Below, piece by piece: positions 51,246 to 61,300 of a DNA stretch of 64,000 bases (the first letter of the stretch is position 1; each line of letters opens with the position of its first letter). This stretch comes from an uncultured Acidobacteriota bacterium. Its GTDB lineage: Bacteria > Acidobacteriota > Terriglobia > UBA7540. The notes beneath the pieces are model-generated. The model was not told where the DNA came from, did not search any database, and was given only the letters and a program-made list of their open reading frames with translations. The stretch is from NCBI GenBank assembly GCA_963804995.1, contig CAWDSK010000003.1, forward strand, positions 1,312,001-1,376,000. The letters are read 5' to 3'. A program made the translations under genes and the position numbers.

Positions 51246-51478
51246 GGTTTCTCCCCCATCTCCCCAGACCTAATCACTAACTCCCCAGGTCACGGTCAAG
51301 ATTCTCCTGGACTCAATCGCGACTGACCACACAGAGGCAGCCAATGCCGACGCACAGAAGAACCTGAATTACGCACATGTAGGCAATTCCGGCGCTCAGA
51401 AAACTTTGGATTGCCTCGACCGTGGAATGCAGATTCAGCCCCATAGCACCTCTGTATTTCAACCGGAGTCCCGCACCA

Positions 51479-51919
51479 TCAGATTCCCAAATTGCTGAGC
51501 GTTTGCTCGTCTTCGTCGGTAAGCGGCTCGCGCTCCAGGTGCTCGCGGTACCGTTCCAGGTTCCAGACTTCCAGGTAATTCAGGTAACCGAGAACCGCCA
51601 CTTCCCCGTGCATCCCCGCCGACTCGCGCAGCAGCGTGGGAATCAGAACTCGCCCCTGGGCATCGGCCCGCGTGGCCTGCCCCCAATAGTTCGTGCGATC
51701 CAGAAACCGCTTCTTGGCCTTGTTCATCGAAGGCAAGGCAGCTAGCTTATCCTCGATCTCGCGCCAGACCGGAAACGGGTAAAGGCGCGCCGACTGGCCA
51801 TCCAGGCTGGTGACAAAAAAGTCCTGGCCATAGTTCTCGTCCAGGAAAACCTTAAAGGCGGTCGGAATCTTCAATCGACCCTTGGCGTCCACCGTTGCCG
51901 GGTTGTTGCCGCGAAGCAT
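51479..51919 (-). CDS. mraZ: Division/cell-wall cluster repressor MraZ
   Basis: VDAKGRLKIP and DAQGRVLIP repeats; YLEVW. Confidence 0.97.
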   Translation of the reverse strand: MLRGNNPATVDAKGRLKIPTAFKVFLDENYGQDFFVTSLDGQSARLYPFPVWREIEDKLAALPSMNKAKKRFLDRTNYWGQATRADAQGRVLIPTLLRESAGMHGEVAVLGYLNYLEVWNLERYREHLEREPLTDEDEQTLSNLGI

Positions 51920-51961
51920 TGGACCCGCCTCAAACTCTAAAAAGGAACTTAAAATCGACCC

Positions 51962-52032
51962 CGAGTTACACTATCCTCTACTTTCTACCACTTTTGTCCA
52001 CCGACTATACGGTTGTGTTTGAGGCTTGTCAA
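51962..52032 (-). promoter_or_regulatory. dcw sigma70 promoter and MraZ-box array
   Basis: TTGACA(52032-52027)-N17-TATAGT(52009-52004), then GTGGACAAAA GTGGTAGAAA GTAGAGGATA GTGTAA with 10-nt period. Confidence 0.85.
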
Positions 52033-52159
52033 GTGTTTTTTTAGTGAATTTTAAGGATTTAGGGGTTTTCGGTTATCCTTGGCCATTAGCGTTTTATCCA
52101 CCAACAAAATACCACCGGTTGGGGGGAAGAATCCAGTCGGAACCCGGACAGTTGGCCGG

Positions 52160-52816
52160 TCACTCGAATTGCTTCTTGAATTCCGCGAACTGTTGCTGCA
52201 AATCCGCGAGTTGTTGTTTGAGATTTTCGACCTCGGCCTCCAGGTGAAGAAGTTGCCCGCTGGGCACGTGGGCGGGCGATTCGACGGCCGGCTCAGCGGG
52301 CGCGGCTGTCCACTCTGGTTTCTCACCGCCCAGAAGCTGCGCGTAGCGTGATTCCTTGGTCCCAGGCTGCCGGGGCAGTTTCTTTACGAAGGGAGGCTCG
52401 CGCTCACTGAGCTTCTGAAGCGTGGCCTCGAGGGTTTCGAGATCATCAAAGCGGTGCATGCGTTCGGCGCGCGAGCGCAACTCACCCGGCGTCTGCGGGC
52501 CGCGCAACATGAGCTCGCAGAGCAGGGCGGTTTCGCGCCGGTCAAAGTTGAACACTTCCTGCCAACGGTGCGCAAACTTGGTGACTCGACTCTCCGCGGT
52601 CGAATTGGGTCCGGCCAGACCCTTGCGGCTGAGATCGCCGAGCGCGTCCCGCACGGCCTGCTCGTCCAGCGCCATTACGGGATTCCGATTCGACTTCTGA
52701 TTGCACGCGTTGGTAAGCGCATTGAGCGAGAGCGGGTAATAGTCCGGCGTGGTGATTCCCTTTTCGATGAGCGCACCCAGCACGCGCACTTCCCGATCCG
52801 ACAACAGCAGGTCCAC
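52160..52816 (-). CDS. YceH/DUF480 family protein
   Basis: RVLGALIEK..TTPDYYPLSLNAL..ACNQKSNR, LRGPQTPGELR, KESRYAQL. Confidence 0.92.
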   Translation of the reverse strand: MDLLLSDREVRVLGALIEKGITTPDYYPLSLNALTNACNQKSNRNPVMALDEQAVRDALGDLSRKGLAGPNSTAESRVTKFAHRWQEVFNFDRRETALLCELMLRGPQTPGELRSRAERMHRFDDLETLEATLQKLSEREPPFVKKLPRQPGTKESRYAQLLGGEKPEWTAAPAEPAVESPAHVPSGQLLHLEAEVENLKQQLADLQQQFAEFKKQFE

Positions 52817-52962
52817 AAGACCTTCCTTCCCCCTCCGCGCGAAAAGATTCGCCCGGAGAATGAGCCAGCAAATTATTATAGAGTGCGCTTGTCGAATCTG
52901 CGAGACGAGGGCGGATTTCTTCTTGACAACGTCTTCCCCCGCCGCTAATTAAGGGGCGTATT

Positions 52963-54684
52963 ATGAGAAGCTTTATCATTACACTTTCGATTCTGCTTTT
53001 CACTGCCCGTCTGGCGGTTGGGCAAACCGCTGACACGATCTATTACAACGGGCACGTCATTACGGTGTGGAACGCTCACCCGGTAGTTCAAGCCTTCTCG
53101 ATCCGTGGCGACAAATTTCTTGCGGTGGGCTCAAACGCCGAAGTCATGCGGACCGCCGGGCCGGCAACGGAGAAGGTGGACCTGAAGGGTCTCACGGTGA
53201 CCGCGGGTCTGATTGAGTCCCACGTTCACCCCATCATGTCCGCGTTAGCGGATCGAGATGAAACGTTTGCGCCGCTTAATTCCATTGCGGAGATTCAGGC
53301 CTTCATTCGCAAGCAAGTGGCAGTGGTGCCGCCGGAGCGCATCATCTTTGCCCCCAAAATTTTTGCCACCCGGCTCAAAGAACGCCGGCTCCCCACGCGC
53401 TACGAGCTGGATGAAGCGGCCGGCCAACGCCTCGCCATGACCGACAACGGCTACTCTGCGGCGCTCGACAGCGCGCTGCTGGCCAAGCTGGGAATCACGC
53501 GCGACACACCTCAACCCGCCGACGGCAAAATTATAAAGGATGATAAGGGTGAGCCGACCGGCATCATCCTGGGGGCCAACAAGCTGCTGGAGCCCGCCCG
53601 CCGAACCCGCGCCGCAACCTTTGAAGACAAGCTTTGGGCATTGCGTAGCATGCAGAAGCGTTATAACACGGCAGGCATAACCAGCGTTCTGGACCGCGCC
53701 CAGGACGCCGAGGGTTTTCGGGTTTACGAAACGTTGGAGCAGAGGGGCGAGCTGACGGTCCGCACCTCCGTGACCTTTATGATTAGCGCCCTGGGCACGC
53801 CTGCGGACGTGCGCAAGGAGATTGAGGCGATTCCCCTCGTTACCGGCTGGGGAGACGATTGGGTGCGCGTGGGGTCGCTCAAGACCGTCGCCGATGGTGG
53901 CATGCTGACCGGGACAGCTTATCTCCGCCAACCCTGGGGCGAAAACACCCAGGTTTACGACTACCACGACCCGACCTACCGGGGCGTGCTGCGTGTGCCC
54001 AAGGAAAATCTTTTCGAGATGGCGCGCGTGGCCGATGAGGTGGGCTGGCAGATGACCGCGCACGTGGCTGGCGATGGCGCGGAGGAATTATTGCTCGACG
54101 CATACGAAGCTGCCGACAAAGTCAAATCGATTCGAGACCGGCGCTTCTGCATAACCCACGGCAACTTTACTCCACCGGAGGCGATTGCTCGGGCGGTAAG
54201 GCTGGGCGTGGTTATCGATTCCCAAATTGCCTTGCACTATCTCAACGGTCCCGCCGTGAAAATCCCTTTCGGCCCCGAACGGATGAAGTATTTCGATCCC
54301 TACCGTTCGATGTTTGACGCAGGTATGGTGGTGTCAGGGGGGTCAGACCACATGATCGGATTCGATCCGCGCACGGCCATCAACCCTTACCATCCCTTCT
54401 TCGGCATGTGGATGGCCATCACGCGCAAGACCGTGGACGGCACCGTCTTGGAACCGGAACAGCGCATCACGCGGGAAGAAGCGCTGCGCATGTGGACCAT
54501 CAACGGCGCCTACGTGGCCTTCGACGAGAAGATCAAGGGTTCCATCGAGCCCGGCAAGCTCGCCGATTTTGCCGTCATTAATAAAGACTACCTCTCGTGC
54601 CCGGAAGATGAGATCAAGGATATCGACCCGTTGCGCACCGTGGTGGGAGGAAGAATCGTTTACGACAAACTTCCGACGCAGTAG
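52963..54684 (+). CDS. Exported metal-dependent amidohydrolase (Amidohydro_3/YtcJ-like)
   Basis: Signal peptide; GLIESHVH, AHVAGD, GGSDH, GSIEPGKLADF. Confidence 0.9.
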   Translation: MRSFIITLSILLFTARLAVGQTADTIYYNGHVITVWNAHPVVQAFSIRGDKFLAVGSNAEVMRTAGPATEKVDLKGLTVTAGLIESHVHPIMSALADRDETFAPLNSIAEIQAFIRKQVAVVPPERIIFAPKIFATRLKERRLPTRYELDEAAGQRLAMTDNGYSAALDSALLAKLGITRDTPQPADGKIIKDDKGEPTGIILGANKLLEPARRTRAATFEDKLWALRSMQKRYNTAGITSVLDRAQDAEGFRVYETLEQRGELTVRTSVTFMISALGTPADVRKEIEAIPLVTGWGDDWVRVGSLKTVADGGMLTGTAYLRQPWGENTQVYDYHDPTYRGVLRVPKENLFEMARVADEVGWQMTAHVAGDGAEELLLDAYEAADKVKSIRDRRFCITHGNFTPPEAIARAVRLGVVIDSQIALHYLNGPAVKIPFGPERMKYFDPYRSMFDAGMVVSGGSDHMIGFDPRTAINPYHPFFGMWMAITRKTVDGTVLEPEQRITREEALRMWTINGAYVAFDEKIKGSIEPGKLADFAVINKDYLSCPEDEIKDIDPLRTVVGGRIVYDKLPTQ

Positions 54685-54818
54685 GTGATCCGCAAAATGT
54701 AGCCCAGTTAGATAGTTAACGGCGGCTTAGCGGTGGGCCCGGGACGAGGAAGAAGGTCTTTTTCTGTAGGACATTTTGTCAAGTCGATTTCCCGTTTTTG
54801 GTAGGCCTGCTAAGTGGG

Positions 54819-54902
54819 TTTGTTTTCAAGATGTTCTCAGCTTTGGGAAACGAAATTTGTCTTTCCCCGCCCTTTGTTTTCAGGATGTTCTCAGCTTTGG
54901 GA
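54819..54902. repeat. 30-bp direct repeat (2 copies, 24-nt spacer)
   Basis: TTTGTTTTCA(A/G)GATGTTCTCAGCTTTGGGA at 54819-54848 and 54873-54902. Confidence 0.85.
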
Positions 54903-55153
54903 GAAAAACGTCTTGGTCGGACATAAAGGCGCTACGAAATCCTCGTGTGACCGCGGCTACATAACTCCCTTCCTGCCCAATTGCCCGGCCCTGCCTCGCC
55001 CTCTCCGAGCCTTCCTGCCGAGCCGGACCACACTGTACGATTAAGATTATACCGCAAAAGTAAACAAAGTCAAGCAACGAATTTTGGCGAAATGAAATCC
55101 CCCGCCGGCCAGCACGAGCAGCGAAGAATCGCCCCGCAGGAGGCGCCCTCCGG

Positions 55154-55180
55154 TTGACAAGCGTTGTCAAATATGACAAC
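55154..55180 (+). promoter_or_regulatory. Operator palindromes overlapping TTGACA upstream of the TA operon
   Basis: TTGACAA-GCG-TTGTCAA and GTTGTCA-AATA-TGACAAC. Confidence 0.65.
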
Positions 55181-55210
55181 ATGCAAGGGAAGCATGGACG
55201 GTGAGGAGCG

Positions 55211-55559
55211 ATGATACCGAGAACCCGGCCCGTTTCGTGGATCAGAGGAGCGCTGAAGGACTTCGAGGGATTCCCGGAGGGCGCTCAGGTCGATTTGCCT
55301 CGCGGCGCTGACCATTGTGGCGGAAGGTGGGAAGCCGGACATTGCGAAGCCCCTGCACGGGATGGGCTCTGGGGTGTTCGAGATTGCGCTGCCGTTTCGC
55401 GGAGATGCGTTCCGCGTGGTCTACGCGGTGCAACTCGACCAGGACATCTGGGTGGTCCATGCATTTCAGAAGAAATCCAAGCAGGGGATTAAGACGCCCA
55501 AGCCCGAGGTGGACCTGATAAGAGACCGTCTGAAGAGGCTGAAGGAGATGTTGCGATGA
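55211..55559 (+). pseudogene. RelE/ParE (Gp49/HigB-like) toxin, frameshifted at 55288-55289
   Basis: SWIRGALKDFEGFP in one frame; AKPLHG.GSGVFEI, FRVVYAV and HAFQKKS in another; removing one G joins them. Confidence 0.8.
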
Positions 55560-55879
55560 AGAGCGAAAAGCTGGAAGTGGTGCGCGGGAGTGGAAATGTT
55601 TTCCGCGACCTGGGGCGCAAAAGCGCGGATGCCGAGCAATTCAAGGCGATCCTCGCCGCCGAAATCATCAAGGCGCTCGATCGGGAAGGCCTGAGCGTGC
55701 GCGCCGCGCACGCACGCACCGGGATTGCGGCGGCCGACTTCTCGCGCATCCGCAACGCGAACCTCGGGCGGTTTACCGTCGATCGCCTCATGTCGATCAT
55801 CAACCGGCTCGGGGCGCGGGTGGAGGTTAAAGTCCGCGTGCGGCCTGCGATAACCGTCGGGCGCGAGGCGACGGCGTAA
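55556..55879 (+). CDS. XRE-HTH (HigA-like) antitoxin
   Basis: GSGNVFRDLG, ADFSRIRN, FTVDRL; ATGA overlap with the toxin. Confidence 0.88.
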   Translation: MKSEKLEVVRGSGNVFRDLGRKSADAEQFKAILAAEIIKALDREGLSVRAAHARTGIAAADFSRIRNANLGRFTVDRLMSIINRLGARVEVKVRVRPAITVGREATA

Positions 55880-56130
55880 GGGCGCCGAAATCATCAGTCT
55901 GAGGGGAGCCAGGTCTTGAGAGTCTCAGGGATGCGGCAAAAAACTCTAGAGCAGGCTCTACAGATTTCGTGTGTCAGCGTAATTTGAACAGCAACGCGGC
56001 GTTCGTAAACTCAAGGAGACGAGGCAGGTCCAATTCCTTATTGAGGAGTTACGTATACACGGCAGCGGCCAGTTTCCGACAAGGCGAACGTCAAAGTGAA
56101 TTGGGATAGGTAAATCCTACGCCGTTACAC

Positions 56131-56205
56131 GGGAGTCACCTGACGCGGCGACTGTTTGGAGCCATGCTGGGCAGGATCGCAGCGCTGCCCTTGCCAGCCT
56201 GGTAG
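56131..56205 (+). mobile_element. C-terminal remnant of an IS1380-family-like transposase
   Basis: Frame reads GSHLTRRLFGAMLGRIAALPLPAW*, recalled as an IS1380-type transposase C-terminus (not searched). Confidence 0.6.
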
Positions 56206-56444
56206 GCGAGCCGACGACCAAGATGGGATTTCTACGACGAGAGACGCAAGGGGACGGCCAAGCGTCGGAAACACGGGTCGAAGGATGGGTGGTTGCGGCC
56301 TTTGGGGTTCTCGCGAGAGGCACGAATGGCCCCTTCCGTGACCCGCGAAGGCACCGTGCACTGTAAACCCAGACTCAAAGTTGCATTCGGCGGCGGTGAG
56401 ATGTAGGTCATCAAGCGGGCGGGGCTCGATAATGGAGTTTCCGC

Positions 56445-56473
56445 TTGACACTACGCAGGGCCGGGTGTATACT
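56445..56473 (+). promoter_or_regulatory. Near-consensus sigma70 promoter upstream of the DegT-family gene
   Basis: TTGACA-N17-TATACT. Confidence 0.7.
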
Positions 56474-56664
56474 GCGGGGGCATTATGACCACAATTGTGG
56501 CTTGGCGGGCGGCCACGACTCCGTTGGACGTTCCGGCCCGGAAAGGTCCACCTCTTGGCTGGCAGGTCAATGTCACGAGGTGGTGCTCTTCGAAGTGCAG
56601 CCAGCCTAGAAGTCGGTCCTGCCAAATCTCAAGTTTTCGAATCTTGAATTCATCGGAGGTGATC

Positions 56665-58113
56665 ATGTCCCATTCAAGAAATCCAGAGCGTGGGAATGAT
56701 GCCCGGCCGGAAGCGGCGGGAATCGATCGCCGAGCCTTCTTGGCAGCCACGACAGGCCTTGCGGCTTCATCCCTGCTCGCAAGAAGCCAGCCGGGTGTTG
56801 CCGCTCCCGCTGGGCTTGGATCCAGCCTGACCGCTGCCGCCCCCGGCCCACTGGCAATGCACGGCGGCACACCCGTCCGCGCCGCCATGCTCCATGCCAA
56901 GAACCCCGGCCCCCAGTATTATGACGACGAAGAGCGGCGCGCGGTCCTAGAAGTCATCGACAGCCGCAGCCCCTTCCGCTGGGACCGCTTCGATGGAAAG
57001 GGTCTGCCACCCCACGCCATCAATTTCGAAAAGGAATTCGCTGCGCACCAGGGGACGAAGTACTGCCTTGGCGTAACCTCGGGGACCGCGGCACTAATCG
57101 CGGCATTGGCAGGGCTCGGCGTTGGGCCGGGAGATGAAGTCATTCTCCCCGCCTGGACGTGGTACGCCTGCTACGACGCCATCCTCTTCCATGGGGCACT
57201 TCCGGTCTTTGCTGAGATTGACCGGTCCATGGACATCGACCCGACCGACATTGGACGCCATATCACGCCGAATACCAAAGTCATCATGGCCGTGAGCATC
57301 GTGGGCGAACCGGCGGATCTGGATGCGGTGATGGAGATCGCGCGAAAGCACAATTTGAAGGTCCTGGAGGATGGCGCGCAGTGCGTGGGCGGAGTTTACA
57401 AAGGCCGGCACGTGGGTTCGATTGGTGATGTGGGAATTTACAGCTTCCAGGAAAGCAAGACCATTACCGCGGGCGAAGGGGGCGCGGTGGTGACCAGCGA
57501 CCCGCTGATTTTCGAGCGCGCCGCGCGCTTCCACGACGTCGGTGGCCTGAACAAGGCACACGCCGACTGGCTCGGACAACCACCGCGGCTGAAGCAAATC
57601 GCCGGGGGGAATTTCCGCATGAATGAGTTCACCGGCGGAGTCATGCGTGCGCAGTTGCGCAAGCTCGACCGCATCCTGGCTGACCAGCGGGACAAGCAAT
57701 CCCGTGTTCTGGCGGGGATTACAGACCTGCCCGGACTCGAACTGCGCAAGAAGAATGTCCCGGAGGGCGGAACCGGCTCCCGTGTCCTCATCTGGACCCA
57801 GAGCAAGGAGCAGCGCGACCTGTTCGTCAAGGCCATGCGAGCCGAGAACGTAGCGGCTGGCCCGTCGAGTGGCTCGGTGCCATTGCCCACGGTCCCGTAC
57901 ATCGAGGCCAAACAGGGGATCGAGGAAGGTTGGCCGTCGTTCTCAACGCCACGGGGCAAGGCGATCACTTACGGCGCCCAATGCTGCCCGAAGACGCTGG
58001 AGATTTGGGACCGCTACGTCGAAATCACCATGGACCCGAAATACAGCGATCAGGATGTGAGCGACATCATCTCTGCTGTGCGCAAAGTGTATATGGGCGT
58101 GATGAATTCCTAG
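56665..58113 (+). CDS. DegT/DnrJ/EryC1/StrS PLP aminotransferase with Tat signal
   Basis: DRRAFL leader; SGTAAL, GPGDEVI, EDGAQ, SFQESKTITAGEGG, NFRM; GGAGG RBS. Confidence 0.92.
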   Translation: MSHSRNPERGNDARPEAAGIDRRAFLAATTGLAASSLLARSQPGVAAPAGLGSSLTAAAPGPLAMHGGTPVRAAMLHAKNPGPQYYDDEERRAVLEVIDSRSPFRWDRFDGKGLPPHAINFEKEFAAHQGTKYCLGVTSGTAALIAALAGLGVGPGDEVILPAWTWYACYDAILFHGALPVFAEIDRSMDIDPTDIGRHITPNTKVIMAVSIVGEPADLDAVMEIARKHNLKVLEDGAQCVGGVYKGRHVGSIGDVGIYSFQESKTITAGEGGAVVTSDPLIFERAARFHDVGGLNKAHADWLGQPPRLKQIAGGNFRMNEFTGGVMRAQLRKLDRILADQRDKQSRVLAGITDLPGLELRKKNVPEGGTGSRVLIWTQSKEQRDLFVKAMRAENVAAGPSSGSVPLPTVPYIEAKQGIEEGWPSFSTPRGKAITYGAQCCPKTLEIWDRYVEITMDPKYSDQDVSDIISAVRKVYMGVMNS

Positions 58114-58307
58114 CCAGGAACCGCTTCGCACACGTGGTGTCTGCGGTCTGTCGGTTCCCGGTCATTTTCCCCCCTTACGGGGGACTACGTATTCTACCTT
58201 TGATGGCGCATATCGGCTGTCTACAATGCGCCACTTCTGCTTCGGCGTTGGCGGACTTTAAGCCACGAGGGTCCTGGGTCACGAGACTTTTCATACGGAG
58301 GAGTCAA

Positions 58308-61300
58308 ATGTTCAGACCTACGGGTTTGTTGCGGGCGTTGCTTTGGGTATCAATTTTCCTGCTCGGAGTGCCACTGTCATTTGGAAGCGTTGGCGGCAGC
58401 ATTTCCGGGCTCGTCACCGATCCGAGCGGCGCGGTTATTATTGGCGCTGAGGTTTTGGCGCTCGATACCGCGACTGGGATCAAGAGCCCGAATAAGACCG
58501 ATTCAGCAGGGTTTTACTCATTCCCGTCTCTTCCCATCGGGCCTTACGAGATTCAGGTCCGACAAACCGGATTCAAGGAATTCCGTGCGACCGGTTTAGT
58601 CATTGACGCCAACACCGCGCTGCGCGTTGACGCCACGCTTCAGGTGGGGACTGTGACGGAGGAGGTTAGTGTTTCCGCCACAGCCGTGCAAGTGGAGACC
58701 ACCAATACCCAAATGGGGGAGGTGATCGGAACCAACAAAATGGAACTCGTCCCCTTGAATGGGCGCAGTTATACGGATCTCCTGGCCCTTCAGCCGGGCG
58801 TAGTCCCGCAATCTTCCGGTGTGTACAGCGGCAATAAGGTTTCGGGGGATCTCAACCCGGGCAATCTCTCGGTCAGCGGGCAACGGGAATCTGCCAATGG
58901 ATTCATGGTTAACGGTGGCAACGTCCAAGAGGGGCTTAAAATGGGCACCGCGATCATTCCCAACCTCAACTCCATCGCGGAATTCCGCATCTTGACCAAC
59001 AATGCCGACGCTGAATACGGCAACTATTCGGGCGGGCTGGTCAACGCCGTCACCAAATCCGGCACCAACCGATTGCACGGTGATGGTTTTGACTTCATGC
59101 GTAATTACAACATGGACAGCCGGAACTTTTACTCCCCCACTCGCGGGACCTTACACAGGAACCAGTTTGGTGGCACCATCGGTGGACCCATCCGCCACGA
59201 CAAATTGTTCTTCTTTGGGGACTTCCAGGGGAGCCGGCAAGTGACTGGCGTAGACTCAGGCCTGATTGCTGTCCCCTCCACCGCCGACAAAAGTGGGAAC
59301 CTTTCGGATGTGGCTAGCCAGCTCACGGGTACGGTCACGGGTCAGTATTGGGCCAATCAGCTCTCCCAGAAACTGGGCTACCCCGTCGCTGTCGACGAGC
59401 CCTACTATACGAGCGGCTGCACCAGCAGCGCGAATTGTGTCTTCCCCAACGCCCAAATTCCTCAGAAGGTATGGTCGACTCCTGCGCCGAACCTCCTGAA
59501 ATACTTTCCCGATCCCAATGCGGGCACGTCCTTTACGACCTCAGCTTTCGACAACACCTTGCGGGACAACAAGTGGAGTTCCCGGATCGACGCCAATACC
59601 CGTTTGGGTTTGGTTTCAGGCTACTACTTTTTCGACCAGTACAATGTCCTTAACCCCTACTACGTTTCTCTCCCGGGGTTCAGCGTGTCGAACGTGGGCA
59701 GGGCCCAAAACCTGAACCTCGGCGTTACCAAATCCCTTGGACCCAATGCGGTGAACGAGTTCCGCCTGAATTACGTGCGTAATGTCTACGGTACTACCCC
59801 GATAGGTGGAATTGGTATCAAACTCAGCGACCTGGGATTTGTGGAAGGGCCCGGCACGCTGGGCATCATCCCCCAAATGCCCCCGCAGTATGAAGGCATG
59901 CCCTACACGAGTTTCAACAGTTTCAGCATGGGCACCCCGGAAGGTTTCTCCATCATCTACAACAATACCTATCAGGTGCTTGACAACTTCTCGAAGGTGA
60001 TAGGAACTCACACTTTGAAGTTCGGTGGCGCCGCGCACTACGACCAGATCACCAACAAAGAGTACGGCGAAAGTGAGGGAACCTTCGCTTTTAATGGAGC
60101 AGAAACGGGCGTGGACTTTGCGGACTTTCTGCTTGGAGCACCTTCAGGCTTCAACCAGGGTGTCCAAATTCCGTTCCATACCCGTACGAAATATTACGGC
60201 CTCTACGCGCAGGATAGCTGGCGCGCCCGGCCCAATCTCACGCTGAATTACGGCCTGCGGTGGGAATCCAGCACTCCGTTTTATGAGGCCTTTAACCAAA
60301 TGGAAGCGTTGGTATATGGCGAGCAGTCCGTGGTCTTTCCGGGGTCACCCAAAGGCTGGGTCTTCCCCGGTGATCCCGGCATTCCCACGACGATCGCGCC
60401 GACTCGCTACAACAATTTTTCCCCCCGCATCGGTTTAGCCTATTCCCCCAATGCCTCGGGAGGTTTCGGGGAAAAACTTCTGGGCGGAGCGGGCAAGACC
60501 AGCATTCGTGCCGCCTTCGGCATTTACTATACCGCTTTCGAGGACGGTGAAATGTTCTACGCGGAGGGAGATGCGCCCTTTGGTTTCTTCTATTCCGCCA
60601 TTGCCCCTCCGCTTTTTGCCACACCCTACATTGATCGGCAGACGGGTTTCGTTGAGGGGCAACGTTTCCCCGTCATCTTCCCGCCCGCCAACGCGAGCGC
60701 ACAGCACCCTGATAATAATGTCGACTGGGCCTCGTTCGAGCCAATTTCGAGTTCGCCCGTTTTAGGTACCGATGCCCGCCTTCCCTACGCCGAGCACTAC
60801 AACTTATCAGTTCAGCGGCAGTTCGGCTCGGACACTATACTCAGCCTAAGTTACGTCGGCACACAATCGCACCGGCTTCTCGGGGCAGTGGCATCCAATG
60901 TAGGTAATCCGGCTCTCTGCCTTAGCGTGAGCAAATCGAGCCAGGTCATGCCTGGAACCGGTACCTGCGGCCCCAACGGTGAGAATAGCATCTACTACCC
61001 CGTGACGGGAGGGGTGATTAACGGCACGCGGTCGCCTTTCGGGAACGATTTCGGCAGCAACGATTACTACAATACCATGGCCAACTCCAATTACAACGCC
61101 TTGGAGGCGAGTTTGCGCCACACCTCCGGCCGCAGTGAGTTCCTGGCCGGCTACACTTTCAGCAAGGTGCTCGCCAATGCCTCCTCCTGGGGATCGGGTA
61201 ATGAGATCATTAATCCCATCAATCCCCAGATCAGTAAGGCGCTGGCCGCTTTTGACGTGACCCACAACTTTGTGGTGAGCTACGGCTATCAGATTCCGTT

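Noticed and set aside
54819..54902. CRISPR array
   Set aside because: Only two repeats, a 24-nt spacer and no cas genes in the window; kept as an unexplained direct repeat.
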